In this document: positions 12,879 to 28,169 of the stretch, in pieces
How the letters are laid out: each line of letters starts with the position of its first letter
How positions within the stretch are numbered: the stretch's first letter is position 1
Assembly: GCA_964016885.1 (NCBI GenBank)
Contig: OZ024747.1
Span: 17,918,001 to 17,982,000 of the forward strand
From: Eledone cirrhosa
Lineage: Eukaryota
Reading direction: 5' to 3'
Length of the DNA stretch: 64,000 nt
The notes under the pieces: generated by a model
What the model was told of the DNA's origin: nothing
The model's input: the letters and a program-made list of their open reading frames with translations, nothing else
Databases searched by the model: none
Program-made: the position numbers and the translations under genes

Positions 12879-13640
12879 ATAGTAGTAAAAGAGTGAAGAA
12901 TAACATGGTCGGCTGTACAACAAGGGTTTTATTTATAGTATTAACAATTGTTTCATTGATTAGGTGAGTCTAAAGGCCGCTAATCACTCAAAGTTGCGTC
13001 ACTTGACCTTAAATACAGTGTGTGCCTCTAATCAAATCATCGGAATACTGGAGGGTGTAACACATGGCATTGGTATTTATAGATACATCGGAGAATCAAA
13101 ACAATAACATCAATAATAAAAGATAATAAAAGATGATAATAAAGAAGTTAAAATGAAATTGATAAAGATGTAAAAATAAGTTAAAAAAATAAGTACAGAA
13201 TACGATTGCTGATAATAATAGTAGTAGTAGTGGTGGTGGTGGTAGTTGAAGTTACAGTGGTGAGTAACTTCACCACTGTAACTTCAACCACCACCACTAC
13301 TATTATTATCAGCAATCGTATTCTCTACTTATTTTTTTACTTATTTTTACATCTTTATCAATTTCATTCTAACCTCTTTATTATCATCTTTTATTATCTT
13401 TTATTATTGATGTTATTGTTTTGATTCTCCGATGTATCTATAAATACCAATGCCATGTGTTACACCCTCCAGTATTCCGATGATTTGATTCGAGGCACAC
13501 ACTGTATTTAAGGTCAAGTGACGCAACTTTGAGTGATTAGCGGCCTTTAGACTCACCTAATCAATGAAACAATTGTTAATACTATAAATAAAACCCTTGT
13601 TGTACAGCTGACCATGTTATTCTTCACTCTTTTACTACTA

Positions 13641-13641
<1 letters not shown>
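12879..13641. repeat. About 760-bp near-perfect palindrome
   Basis: Arms 12879-13263 and 13270-13641 are reverse complements around a 6-nt spacer. Confidence 0.95.
13471..13583 (+). ncRNA. Variant hammerhead motif (CCGATGA core, about 80-nt stem II); mirror copy on - at 12937-13049
   Basis: Stem I agtatt/aatact, CCGATGA 13477-13483, stem II ttgatt/aatcaa, GAAAC 13566-13570, aatt loop, GTT triplet. Confidence 0.58.
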
Positions 13642-14300
<659 letters not shown>

Positions 14301-14646
14301 TCTAGTCGATCGACTTTCGTCAAATCGGACCGAGGAAACTATGTTTCCGTTGGTCTTTCCAATTGCTAATACTATCTATCGGTCGCAACTCCAGGTAGAA
14401 GGAGCAACGTGAAATAAAGTGTCTTGCTCAAGGACATAACGCATCGCCTGATTCAGGAATCGAACTCACAACCTCACGATTGTGAATCCAATACTCTAAC
14501 CACTCAGCCACACGCCTTCATATTATATATATATATATTATATATATATTATATATATATATATTATATATATATTATATGTATATTATATATATATTAT
14601 ACATATATATTATATATATATTATATATATATATATTATATATATA

Positions 14647-14691
<45 letters not shown>

Positions 14692-14757
14692 AATAATTTT
14701 CAAAAATTACAAAACAATAATAACCTTCCCACCTCTGCTCTACCAAAATATACATAC

Positions 14758-14879
14758 CTCACAATATTTCTGATTTGCTGAGCATCTTTGTATAAAGTCA
14801 TTTGTCAAATGAGACACACAAGAGTTTGTGTTCCTAGTTCGACTGTATTTGAGGGAACAAGCATAGCAGGACAAGCTGG
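14758..14879 (-). CDS. Ly6/three-finger GPI protein, coding exon 2
   Basis: ttttag|...|gtatgt, phase 1-0; (A)SLSCYACSLKYSRTRNTNSCVSHLTNDFIQRCSANQKYCE, with the L-x-C-Y-x-C start typical of LU domains. Confidence 0.88.
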
Positions 14880-16390
14880 CTAAAATATATAAATAAAAAA
14901 ATAAATAAATAATTCTTCTAACAGCAAGCACTTTGAGGGAAAGGAAAAGTTGTCTGAGTACATTACTGGTATTTTTTTCTAGTGACCCCAGAAGAACGAA
15001 AGGCAAAGTTGAACTCAGCAGTATTTGTACTCAGAATGTAGAAAGTCATAACTAAATATTGTGAAGCATTTTGTCTGATGCTCTAAAAACATAACTTCAC
15101 AATAGAAAGGGACTATCTTATTAAATATATAGCGTAGAAGATGGACGTTAAACGATGATGATGATGACTGTATTAATAAAAATAATAAAATGATAACCTT
15201 TTTGAGTCATAAAATTTTAATTGTTGGCATCTAGTAACAAAAGCAAACACAACAACAACAGAGTCAACTTGGGACCTGAAGCTGGCAAGAATGTTTCAAT
15301 GTAACCACTTGAAAATGCCGGTTTATCTGCCAATATTCCTAAAATATAATCTACCCTTTCAATACCAACACATCTGAGACCACCCATGATTCTATGACAT
15401 AAAATTACTGCATGTAAACTAAAACCATTTATATTACTAAGGTTATGTTCCAAATACAAATTTAATAATCAGAAAGTTTGTTATATTACTAAATCCATCT
15501 AAGTTCTTGGTTATTTTCAAAATTATTTGCAAACACATACATAGTGTTTTTCATTAAAAATATGGCAACAGGGCTAAAAAGCATATTTCACATAGAAGAC
15601 ACATTGGCTTCTTCAAAAGTTTTAAAACCATTTTCCTTACAAAAGCAAAGCTTAGCCTTGGTCTTATGGGACCCATGACAATCTTTTCAAATTTGAATAG
15701 TACTATTCTAAGGGCAGGGTGTTGGCAGAATTGATAGTGTCAGACAAAATGCCTTAAAAGCATTTAATTATTGTCTTTCACATTCTGAGTTTAGATCCCA
15801 CCGAGGTCAATTTTGCCTTTCATTCTCCTGGGGTCAATAAAATAAACTTCTAGTCAAGTACTGGGGTGGATATAGTTGACTTTCCCTTCCCCACAAAATT
15901 GCTGGCTTTGTGGGTTGCATGAAATATATCCATAAGGTGGCCCACACTACTAAAAAAATTCAAGGTAATTTTTCATTAGATGTAGCACTCAGAAAGCCAA
16001 ATGGGTCACATACATCCCACAGTCAACAGTTTACCCATGACTTCTAACTACTTTTGAAATGCATTCATACAATGCAGAAATTTGATTTTTATATATTTTT
16101 GAAGAAAATGAAGGTTTTATTGACTTCAATAACTGAACAGAAGTTAATATGCTGCATAACAAATCAGCATGAAGCATATAAAATCCATCTTTTATTGCAG
16201 AAATGAAACAGCTGGAATGATTTCTGATTTTGGTATTTGTTTCCAAGCTTCTTTTTATTTCTTCATTAATTAAATTTATATATATGTGTGTATTATATAT
16301 ATATATACTATCATATATAACTCTCTATATACATTTGTATATATAGTTTTACCTTTGCCATATATATGTGTGTGCGTGTGTGTGTGTGTG

Positions 16391-16457
<67 letters not shown>

Positions 16458-16480
16458 ATATATATATATATATGTATATA

Positions 16481-16760
16481 TCATCATCACCATCATCACC
16501 GTTTTACGTCCGTTCTTCCACGCTAGCATGGGTTAGATGGGTTGTCCTGTTGTGGGCAGTGTCTGGTCGTAAGCCATAAGATTACGCCATCCCACTGGCT
16601 GGGCGGGCAGGCCGGTACTCATTTCTACAGCTGAGTAAACTGGAGCAACGTGAAATAATGTGTCTTGCTCAAGGAAACAACACATCACCCGGTCCAAGAA
16701 TTGAACTCACAACCTTTCGATTGCAATCCCAATGGTCTAACCACTAAGCCATGCGCCTTC
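16481..16760 (-). mobile_element. tRNA-derived SINE, family A head with a different RTE-type tail
   Basis: Same head and core; different body; tail cccatgctagcgtggaagaacggacgtaaaac. Confidence 0.78.
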
Positions 16761-16767
16761 ACATATG

Positions 16768-16799
<32 letters not shown>

Positions 16800-16854
16800 T
16801 TTATATACATACGTACATACATACATACATACATACATACATACATACATACAT

Positions 16855-17522
16855 AAGGGGAGGGCCATCAGCTGACAATAAATGTAGGCTATGTAAAACA
16901 AAGATCGAGGATGTAAGCCACATTGTTGCCAGCTGCGAAAGAATGTCATCTCGCTACTACCTCCCCATGAGACACGATGGGATATCTAGAACCATCTGGA
17001 ACGCACTTCGGAAAACAAAATTAACAACAAACGAGGGAGAATATATTGAGACAGATGGCACTAAGGAATACTGGTGGAACCTGAAAATAAAAACTGCCAC
17101 CAAATTAAAGCATAACCGGCCTGATATTGTTGTTTGGGACCACACATTGAAAACGTGATCAGCTGCCCACTTGATGTAAACGTTGTCAGAAAAATACAGG
17201 AGAAGGAGGACATCAACGGACCATTGATGAGGAGTTTACAAATCCAGTATCCAAGATACACCTTTAGCTTCATACCCATCATTATTGGAGCTACGGGTTA
17301 TATACCAACCCGCTTGGACCAAAGTATGACTGAACTTGGATTTGCGGACAAAGAGCGTAGCTCCCTAATTCATAGTCTACAAATGGCTGCGATAGCTGGC
17401 ACCTTCAAAATTTGCAAAACATTCTTGCGATTCAAGGGATGACAATTTCTTTTCTTTTACAACCTTGCCACCAGGAAGGTGGCCGGCCAAAAAAATATAC
17501 TCGAAATTAAGAGAAAGAGATA
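16855..17522 (+). mobile_element. R4/Dong-like (RLE) non-LTR retrotransposon 3' fragment
   Basis: CRLC...HIVASC zinc knuckle, RHD, NRPDIVVWD (PD-(D/E)xK restriction-like endonuclease), PIIIGATG; frameshifted. Confidence 0.82.
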
Positions 17523-17549
17523 ACATACATACATACATACATACATACA

Positions 17550-17580
<31 letters not shown>

Positions 17581-20500
17581 GGTGGTGGTTGGGATGGTGA
17601 TGTTTTCTAATTTTGGTACAAGTCTAGAAATTTATAATGGGATCAACTCCAGTATATTATAATGGCAACTCATTTTATTGAACAGAACCTTGGATGTTTG
17701 AAAAGCACATTTCCTGCATAGGTGATATTTGCTTTGGCAAAAATCATTATTTTAAATAATTGATCCCCATCAAGTTCCACTGGTTACACAAATAATTTTG
17801 ACTATTGATTTTTCATTTTTTTTTTATATCCATTCTTTTATTTTATCCAACAGTTGCATAGATTTCTTGGTTCTAGGTATTTATATATCTGCATGAAGTG
17901 CCTAAAAGATTATTGTGTGGCAGCAGAGTTGCAATTTACCAATTTATATTTCATTCTATTGAATTAAGTATTGGTAGAACGTCAGACAAAATACTTTACA
18001 GTATATAGTTATGACTAAAATTCTGAGTTCAAATACCTCCATGGTCAACTTTGCTTTTCATTCTTCTTCAATCAATAAAATAAAGTACCAGTGATGTACA
18101 ATCAACTTCCCCTTTCCCTCAAAATTATTGGTCTTGAGCTAAAATTAGAAACCATTAGGGTGGTGGTTTGGCAGCATTGGTAGACAAAATGCTTTGTGGT
18201 GTTTAGTTATGATTTCTAAGTTCAAATCCTGCCACAGTCGACTTAAGTATCTGGTGGGGGGGATATAATTGACTTACCCCTTCCTCCAAATAGCTAACCT
18301 TGTGTCAATGCTAGAAAGAATTATATTGAATTATATAGTATAAGTAAAATCGCATAGACAGGCTATTTATGAGGTGAATCAATAATACAACAACAAACAA
18401 CAAGCATTTTAATGTCATTTTCCTGATAAAGCAGGAGTTAGCCTTTCAGAACTCCTCACAAGCTTCAAACTCACCTTGGATTCCTTTTTGTGGAAATGTT
18501 TTGTGACTGGGTGCCCTTCCTGGAGCTAACCCTTTTTGTTGCTTATTATAACACACGGGGATATGGTGTACCTATTCTAAACCAGATACACACAGCAAAT
18601 CATTAAGTCCACTGAGATAATTAGAAATCTCAGAATTAAATAATTTCTTTTTACTGTTTAGTCAAACAGTGCTCATAACCTTTTTCAGGGGCTCAGAGAC
18701 TGATGGGTAGGATAGGGGTAAGTAAGGAATGTATCCTGAAACCGGAGACTTTATCTGAATGCTTTCAACCACAGTAGACTGTACCAAAGGCATCCAAGGC
18801 CTAGATAAATGTATTTAACTAGGCAACAGTTTAAGTTTACTGCCCAATTAGGCCACAAAAGGATTTGAACTCAGAACACAAAGAACTGAAATAAGTACTG
18901 CCAGGCATCTCATCCAATGTTCTAGTAATTATGCCAGAACCCTGCCGTAGAGTTTTGGCTTTTATAATCAAATTGATCTGAATAGGATTTGAACTTAGCA
19001 TGCAAGGAACTACAACAAATATAACAAGACATTTCACCTTAGATTCTAATAACTTTGCCAAATCCGCACCTAACAGATGTACGTGGGATTTGAACCCAGT
19101 TAACCTCAGACGAATCTCAGTTCAAATCCTGCCGAGGTTAACTTTGCTTTTCATCCTTACGGGGTCGATAAAATAAGGCACCAGTAATACACTGGGTAAT
19201 TGCTGGCCTTGTACCAAAAGTAGAAACAATTATTTAAGCCAGCTATTCACTAGACAAATCAATAATGTCACTAAGACTTTTAGAAACCCACGCACCAATC
19301 AATTTGAATGCTAAGGCTGAATTTGATGTCATAATAAAAATGTTCAAATAAAATATTTTCAGGCTTTGAAAAGTTGAGGAATGTTTAATAGAAAGTGAAC
19401 ATCAATCAACGAGAGAGTTATATCACAGTGCAACAGTTTCTATTATGGATACTGTTTCATGCCAGGCATCATGTTGATAATGAAATCAATAAATTACTAT
19501 CTCTAGATGAGATAATAACTGGATAACTGGTCCAACAGCTTGAGTATCGTCAATGTTGCTTTATTTTCTTGATTTTTGTTTTGTTTTTTTGTTTTGTTTT
19601 TTGTGCATTGGTTTGGTCATAAATGAATTTGTAGAGTCATTAGAATGCTCGATTAAATGCTCTGCAATATTTGTTCTGACTTTGCGCATTGAGTTCAAAT
19701 GCTACCAAGGTTAACTTTATCTTTTGCCCTTTCAGGATTGAGAAAATAAAGTACCGGCCTTTGGTAGTGGATTGGTGGAATTGTTAGAGCAGTGGATGTG
19801 ATGATACCTTGTGCTATCTATTTTTGTCTATTACATCATACTAGGACATCCAAGACTGAGTCGGAATATTTATTCTAAAGGCACCTAATGATCATGTGGT
19901 AGTGGTTAACCAGGTGACAGATTAACTCTACCACATAAAAATAAAAATTCAGAATGCAAAGTGCCAGAACAAATAATACAAGACATCTCTAGTAATTCTG
20001 CCAACGAATAAAGCACAGTCACCTGACCAAACTTGCCTTAAATAGGACAAACCTGTCTAACCCATGCTAACGTGGAAGATGGATGTTAAATGATGGTGAT
20101 GTATCGTAAGAAAAGCTACTTTTATTAACAATAGCAGGCAGTGCAACTATAATGGTTTCTTATTTTGGGAACAAGCCTGATTGTTTTGTTGGGGAAGTAG
20201 ATTGTATTAACTTGCAATACTGTCCTGGTACTTTATTTTATCAACTTCAGAAGAATGAAAGGCATAGTTGACCATGTTAAATTTTGAACTCTGAATGTAA
20301 AGGGTCATAAAATATATCAATGTATTTTATCTCACACACTAACAGTTCTGCCATTCCACTGCTCTAAACAACAACACTATTATAGAAACAAAAGACTGGC
20401 ACAAGAAAAACTTAGATCCAATTGTCATCATAGCAAGAAATGGAATTCAAGGAAAGGTGATTATGTGTTCATTAAACAGTGTAGAAACAATTCATACAGT

Positions 20501-20789
20501 ATTAGATTTGTTTGGCAGAAATCAATTACTTGGTTCTGTTTAACCAAGTAAGGATAGTGGAAAGGTTAATCAATCCAATTTATTGTTACAAGTAGTTCAA
20601 CCCATGCTGTCAAAGAAAAAAAACAGATGTCAAATGATGATGATGATGTTGATGATTACAACAATGATGGCAATGATGATCATGATGATGTCTAAAAAAA
20701 ATAAATTACAGTAAATTATCATCTTGGTTAATGTGAGTCATTTCAAATCTTTTAGTCTCTAGATGTTAACAGTAATACACTGGTTGTCT

Positions 20790-20904
20790 GGTTCAATGCC
20801 TTACCAAAGGGCAGTCTTGGTTCAATGTCTTACCAAAGGGCAGTCTTGGTTCAATGTCTTACCAAAGGGCAGTCTTGGTTCAATACCTTACCAAAGGGCA
20901 GTCT
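20790..20904. repeat. 29-bp minisatellite, 4 copies
   Basis: ggttcaatg(c/t)cttaccaaagggcagtctt in tandem without spacers. Confidence 0.9.
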
Positions 20905-22071
20905 GAAACTGGTCTAGGATGGTTTATTTTCATATTCAGTTAGCTCCTACACCTAGAGGTCATTGTCCTGTCTGTCACTTGAGGATCCACTGGATAGAGC
21001 TAACTCTCCTGATCCTACCACTTTGCATATGAAAGACCCCAGTAAAATTATACATTGTAAATACTTAGAGTTAGCATTTTATACAAAGATAATAATTTGA
21101 ATATATTTCATTTTTGTATTTGTTTTGTAAGATTCTTGATTTGGAATTACATTATAACATATTGTTATAGTTTTTTTTTTTTTTTTTTTTTTTTGGGGGG
21201 GGGGGGGTCATGCCCCTATACCTTTAGTTATGCTATACTTAAAATAACAACAAACAATGATTTGTTGAACTGTTGTATATTGTATGACAAACATTTATAA
21301 TATATTAGGAGGAACAATCTCTCCCTAAAGTCCAGGTCTTGTTAGCCACCTAACCGGAAGTCCTTTCACTGCCAACCAGTTCAATAATCAGTCTACAGTA
21401 AAGACCCTTCCATCAACAGTTTGCCTTTATAAGCTTGCAGTATTGCTCTATAGCCCCAATAAAAACACGCACCTGTTGAAATTCACTTCGGTTTTATTAT
21501 TAGTCAGGTAACTAATCCATTCCTTGGTTAATTTAGTAACCAGATGATGAGTTAATTGTCATATTTGATTGTCAAAGCTCTATCACCACACATTATGTGA
21601 CCTTTTCAATGAATATTCTTGCTCTTCTAACTTGTTTGGCCTGTTTTCTATGGCTCAATGCCCTTTATGGCATAGGTTCTACAGTGGGATGCCCTACCTC
21701 TCACCAACTACCATACAGCATGTACTGGGTCCATTTTTCATAGCACCAGCACTAGAGAAGTTGCCATGTTTTGACTGAAGAGTCTTCCCAACTCATTGGT
21801 TTGGTTTCTTTGGCTGGTAGCCCTTCCTAACACCAACAACTTTACAGAGAGTATATGTGTGTGGTGTGTATTTATGTCTGTTTATATACCATAACTTAAT
21901 GGTCTAACAAAGGAAATAAGTCTAGACTCATTAAAAAATAGAGAAATCCTAGGGTCAATATCATTGACCAAGCCATTGAAGGTAGTGCCCCAGCATGGCC
22001 ATAGTATAACGTCTGAAACCAGTATGCGAATAAAATAATTAAAGAATATGGGAAGAAAAGAATAATCTTAC

Positions 22072-22144
22072 CATTGCTTCCATTAACCACAATAAGGTAC
22101 AGTATTACCACCAGGAATGTAATCCAAAGACTCAGTTGTTGCAT
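22072..22144 (-). CDS. Ly6/three-finger GPI protein, coding exon 1 (signal peptide)
   Basis: MQQLSLWITFLVVILYLIVVNGSN-G|gtaag, phase 1 matching the next exon; upstream acceptor AG at 22193-22194 suggests a 5' UTR intron. Confidence 0.72.
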
Positions 22145-24558
22145 ATTTGCTAATTTTGTTGTTGGTTAAATTGTTGATTAGGAGAGGGTTTCCTGAATAG
22201 TTTTGCTTTTTAAAAAAAAAAAAGGATATTTTGGGGAGCAGTGGGAAAAGTGGATGGAAGATTTATGTGAAGATATGCAGGGTTGGGGAGGTTTAATGTA
22301 GAATTGTATATATTTTCTTCTCTTTTTAAGGTTATCCCTTTTTGTGAAAAGGGGCCAGTGATGTGTATAAGATAGATGAGGTGATTGTAGTTTTTGTTGA
22401 TGTTGTTGTGGTTGATGTTGTGGTTGACGTTGTTGTTATGGTTGACGTTGTTGTGAATGACGTTGTGGTTGACGTTGTTGTTGACGTTGTGGTTGTGGTT
22501 GACGTTGTGGTTGTGGTTGATGTTGTTGTGGTTGATATTGTTGTTGTTGTTGTTGATGTTGATGTTGTTGATGTTGATGTTGTTGTGGTTGATTTTGTTT
22601 ATTTTCACATTTACAACATTGCTACATTTCTTGTAAAAGAAAACAGGAACACATTTTTTTTGTTGTACCTCTGCTTTCTTTTTTGATTTGATTTTCTGGA
22701 GGTTTTTGTGTGTTTTTTTTTGTGATTTTTTTAAAAAGAAATCCGTTCTAATTCTATCCAATCACCCTCATTGCCATTTCCATCATTATCATCATCATCA
22801 TCATCAACATTAAAATTGCCAGTGTTATTACTGTAACATCATCAACCTTTGTGATGTGCGGCCGATTGTCGCACTTGGTGGTGAATTGATGGTCGTTTTT
22901 GTTTTTGGTTCCTCGCCTTTTTATTTTCTCTCTCTCACTCTGGTCATATATTTTGCTGTGTTGTATTTGTGAGGTTCCTAGCAATGTTTCTATTTGTGTT
23001 TATGTTTTCATTCTAAAAGAATTATAAGCAATTTGTAATGTTATTATGTATATATATTAAACAAATAAATTACTTTATGCAATATAAAAATATATCATCA
23101 ATATTTTTTTTCTTTCTGATAATTTTCTTTTTTTTTCAGTATCTGATGTATATATATATATTTTTTTTCTTTGACTTTTAACTATTATGTTATGGTTTGG
23201 AAACATAGAGATTGTTACAATACAGCTGACTATATTACACTTGTACTAAGGATCCTTAAAATATGATTCTAATGAAATCCTAGCATTACTATCATCATAA
23301 CCAGCAGTGTCATTATAGTCATTATCCTATCACCTCTCCCTTCATCATCAACGATTAGGGGTTCTTACTCCCACACTGACCATGTATCAACTATGAACTG
23401 ACTATGCATATATGTGTGTATGTGCATGTGTGTGTATAATATATATATATACTGTAATAAAAGTTTGGTAGAAATATCCAAGGGTAAGAGCACTCAATCC
23501 ATAGGACGAGTTTGGTATAAATAGTTTGTCACTGTTTTAACTATTTATATATATATATATATAATTATTATTATTATTATTATATACACAGACATACACA
23601 TACAATCAGAGAAGTGATGTAAATTTTTTCTGTTGTTGTACTACATAGTAGCATTTTTTAGGAAATGAAAAACAATAGTTTACAAGCAAACATACACACA
23701 CATATACATATATATATATATCACATACATAAATAAATACATGTGCCATGTTTTTGTGTAAGTGTGAATGTTTGCCTGGATGTGTGGATGTGTTTGTGTG
23801 TGCACATGAGTGAGTGTGTATGTGTGCACGAGTGTGTGTGTATGTGCACATGATTGTGTCTGTGTATGCACCTGAATGTGTGTTTGTGTATGCACATGAG
23901 TTTGTGTGTGTGTGTGTGTGTGTTAATAATCAATGAAAAACAGAGGTAAAATTTTAGACCAATTACAAAAAACACAAAGTATTTTTAGCCAATGAAAAAC
24001 AAGGAAATTTTTCTTTTCTTTTTTGACATTGACCAATGAGAATCAAGTATTTTTGTTTGTTTTCCACAATCAATGAAAAACTATAAAATATGTTTTATAT
24101 TCGTGTTTCTGTTGTCAATTTTCAGTGAAATCACAAATAATGAAAACCTTTGCTGAAGAAATACAAATACATACCTATCCATCTATCTATATTATTAACT
24201 GTACATATGATAGCAAATCGCAGAATACTTACAGAATTCTTATGCCCTGCAGTATTTGTTCCTTCTCTCAGCACTGTGACTTCATATCTCACAGGTCAAT
24301 TCTGCCTTTCTTTTTCCTAGGGTTAAGCAATTCTTAAAACAAGCCAGTGAAGAGCGTGTACATACTTGCTCAGCCTGGTAGAACTAGACAATAGGTGCTT
24401 CACTTGCTGTTTTGACTAAACTCATAAAAGTGTGCATTAGCTAACAGCAGAAACTATCTATAGCTGAATTGTTAAGAAATTTCTTGCACAATCATGACGT
24501 TCTGGAGTTGATCTAACTTTCCAATAGAGGGTGTGCTAAATAATAAATATATATTATA

Positions 24559-24888
24559 AGGCATATGGCTTAGTGGTTAGAGCATTGGCCTTGCAATTGA
24601 AAGGTTGTGAGTTCAATTCTCAGACCGGGTGATGTGTTGTTTCCTTGAGCAAGACACTTTATTTCACATTGCTCCAGTTTACTCAGCTGTAGAAATGAGA
24701 TGATAGGGACTGGGGTCCATATCATTCCACTGCAAAGTGGTCGTGGAGGTGCCACAGAAAAAAAGCACCCAGCACTCACTGTAAATGAGGTTGGTGTTAG
24801 GAAGGGCATCCAGCTGTAGAAATCAAGCCAGTATCAGTTCCCATCCCACCCTTGCAAGCAGGGAAAAGCGGATGTAAAATGAAACTAA
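24559..24888 (+). mobile_element. tRNA-derived SINE (family A)
   Basis: Nearly identical to 2209-2546. Confidence 0.88.
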
Positions 24889-26090
24889 TGAAACTATAAT
24901 ATGGATATGGTTCGAATGTGGAAGAGCCGAACTCCCACTGTCATTGCCTCTGAATTTTGGGGCAAGTGTCTTTTACTAAAGCTTTATTAGTGAAACTGGG
25001 TGGATGGAAACTGTATGGAAGCCCCTGAAATGGGTTATAACTGTAATTCAAAAGGCTGACCTTATGACACACTGTCACAGTGAATCTCCCTGAGAATTAC
25101 ATTAAAGGCACATTTATCAGTGGAATAGTCAGCTACTTATACATTAATTTAATGAGTAAGTCATGCAATTGATGAACAGTTGGAACACTTATTGTTAAAA
25201 GCCAACAGAGATCCATTGACTTTTTTTAGAAGTTACCTGGACCAGTGGAAGACCATGGCTATTACTGGAAGGAGCAGCAAGATTTTTCTCACATGATTCT
25301 TATTTTTCAAGTTTTAATTGTGATTTTTCATGTAATCAACTGATTTTGATTCAAAGAGATTTGAAGTTGTCTCCCTATAGATTTAAGCATTGGTTCTCTA
25401 TGTATCCTCAACGCTGTTATTTTTTATTAACCGTTTCATTTCATGTGTTGGCTGAAAAGTTCATAGGCTGACCAAGATACTCTCTTTTTCATTTTATTGT
25501 TGGTCATTTTATATATCTAAAATGAAGGCTCACAGTACTTTTACTAGATCTAAGCATGCCATGTCTCTGAAAACAATGATATAGAATCGAAAAGAACGGT
25601 AATATGCTGTGCAGCAGATCCATCCAACCCATTAGAACACTGGAATAAAACAAATAAAAACATTAAAATAGTGGTGGTGATAATGATAATGGTGGCAGCC
25701 ATAGTGATGGAAACAATGATGGTGGTAATGACAGAAGAGGTGGGGGATTTGACCACTTAAATAGAACGCGTCAAACTGCCATATTGAATCATCCATGCTG
25801 GTTTATCATTTGTTAGAGTGATTTTTATTCAATTTTACTTTTATCATATTTTTGTTACTGTTCATCTATTTTTAGTCCTACTACATTTTGCCTACCCTAC
25901 CGTCCAGACTTTTCTAGACTTACTTCCGGCGACACTAATCAATTTTATCAAAGGAAACATGATACGGGTAGAAATATAAAAAAATATTCAAAAACAAACG
26001 AGATCCTATTTTCTTTTTGTATATATATATATATATATGTATATATATACACGTATGTAAATACACACACACACACACACATATATATGC

Positions 26091-26134
<44 letters not shown>

Positions 26135-26153
26135 AAGTATATATATATATATA

Positions 26154-26355
26154 TGGGTGAAGAAGTGCCAGGAAATGCCAGTTGAAGGAAGACGTAGTAG
26201 AGGTAGACCACGAAAAACATGGGCGGAGGTGGTGAGAACAGACCTCAGATCATTGAAGCTCACGGTGGAGATGACGAGGGACCGTGACGAGTGGAGAGAT
26301 GCTGTGCTGAATAAGACCCGTCCCACCCTTGCAAGCAGGGAAAAGCGGACGTAAA

Positions 26356-26405
<50 letters not shown>
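26154..26405 (+). mobile_element. RTE LINE 3' fragment, second subfamily
   Basis: [23 protein letters not shown]...[12 protein letters not shown], then (GAT)n; inserted in (TA)n. Confidence 0.82.
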
Positions 26406-26459
26406 ATATATATATATATATATATATATGCATGTATATATATATATGTGTGTGTGTAA

Positions 26460-26520
<61 letters not shown>

Positions 26521-27176
26521 TGTATATATATATATATGTGTGTGTGTATGTATATATATATAAAAACACACACACAACACTTGTTAGCAGGGAAAATGAA
26601 CACTAAATGATGATGATGATGATATTGGCTTTGTTTTGTTTCTCGCACTACCCATAACACTCTTCTAATGGCCTTTATATATATCCCTCACTGATCAATA
26701 AAATCATATAGCATTACTCATTTATGCTGGTCCGTGTCACTGAGGTATTTGTTTGGATAAAATCATAATACCTGACTAGAAAATCATGACAACACAAAGA
26801 ACTTTCAGTACAAAGTCTTTTCCCTTCTCAATGCTTACATAATAATAAAAATCAATACATGGCTCATGTTTCTGTTTGTTTATCTCCTAAATAATGGATA
26901 AATATTGTTATATTTATCTTGTTTTGAGCAAGAAAAAAATACTGAATCAATCTAATCAATAAATTAATAACATATTACTTCATAATAAGGGATTAATTAT
27001 TAATTACTATAATTAGTATTATTAGTGGATTGGCAGAATCAGAAGAATGATGGTCAATATATCTTGTGGTATTTAGGTATGTTCCTTTCAGTTCTGATCT
27101 CAATTCTAACTAAGGCCAGCTCCAGGTTTTCATACTCCCAAGATAAACTAAGTACAAATCAAGTTCTGTTGTAATT

Positions 27177-27852
27177 CATCATCATCATCATTATCGTTTA
27201 ATGTCCATCTTCCACGATAGCATGGGTCTGAATGGGAATTGTCCCACTTGAGGCAAGATTGGTTGTCTTGCGGGTTTTCTACAGCTGGATGTGCTTCCTA
27301 ACGCCAACCACGTTTACAGTGTGGACTGGGAGGTTTTTACCGTGTTACCTACACGGCCACATTACAGCGTGGACTGTGTGTTTTTTTGTCGTGACACCTA
27401 CACAACCTCATTTATTTAGGACTGAATGTTGTGGTACCAACATAGCTTTACATCGAAAGGGGGTGGTGTAGATGGCGCTGGGGTAGGGGTGTAATTTGGT
27501 TAAGAAGTACCTACTGACTGTAGGTTTTGCTTTGTACTTAGGGAAGGCGGGTGTTCTGTATTACTACGTAACGCCAAAGATCTCGGTCCAGTGACATTGT
27601 CTTGGAGAGGTGTAAGTATGTGAGGTCGGATGTTATCAAGTCGTCCCAGGTTTTTCTGGGTCTGCCTACTCCGTAGCTACCGTCTATTTTGATCGCCCTG
27701 CACTTTTTTATACAGCTGTCATCTTTCATGCACATCACATGACCATACCAACGTAGTCTTCTCTCGAGTAAACAGCACAGCATCTGATCCCTCTTATTCC
27801 TAATTTCTCACTTAGTTCATTTATGCTTTGCCGTTCGCGTATATTACAATTA
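27177..27852 (-). mobile_element. RTE LINE 3' fragment (same family)
   Basis: ORF 27538-27783 RRLRWYGHVM...GRPRKTW; 3' UTR nearly identical to 1388-2045. Confidence 0.85.
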
Positions 27853-28169
27853 TAATTGATTATGCATTCCCCTTGTGCCTATGTTAAAAATCAATACCTG
27901 TTGATCCCCAAGTTATTATTCATCCTTAGAGCTAGCTCCTCTTATAAATTCCTATAACTCTTTGCTGGCCTAATATTTGAGAAACTCTAAAGTCTGGTTA
28001 ACAGTAGATTATTCCAGAATCTTTCAACCAGACAGCACTGCTCCAATGATTTGGGATGGTGGGGTCTAAGTCTATGCAAATTCTCATCACTGTCTCTACC
28101 CTGCTTCCTTTCTTCTATAAGGGAGAACATCCTCTCCTCTCCAACAGAGAGCTGGAAAAAGCTGTACTG

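Noticed and set aside
13553-13615. Signal-peptide-like ORF MVSCTTRVLFIVLTIVSLI followed by gtgagt, as a Ly6 first exon
   Set aside because: It lies downstream of exon 2, ends in phase 2 (exon 3 needs phase 0), and is just the antisense of the hammerhead arm, duplicated in the palindrome.
18692-18760. Hammerhead-like CTGATGG...aggata/tatcct-GAAAC...GAC
   Set aside because: Two core mismatches (A9, U16.1), weak stem I and no partner copy; at best a decayed relic.
20790-20904. 29-bp repeats resembling a CRISPR array
   Set aside because: Head-to-tail with no spacers, no cas genes, eukaryotic context: a minisatellite.
25890-26020. Possible pLTR tail with gaaacatgata next to (TA)n
   Set aside because: No recognisable CUGANGA or convincing stems.
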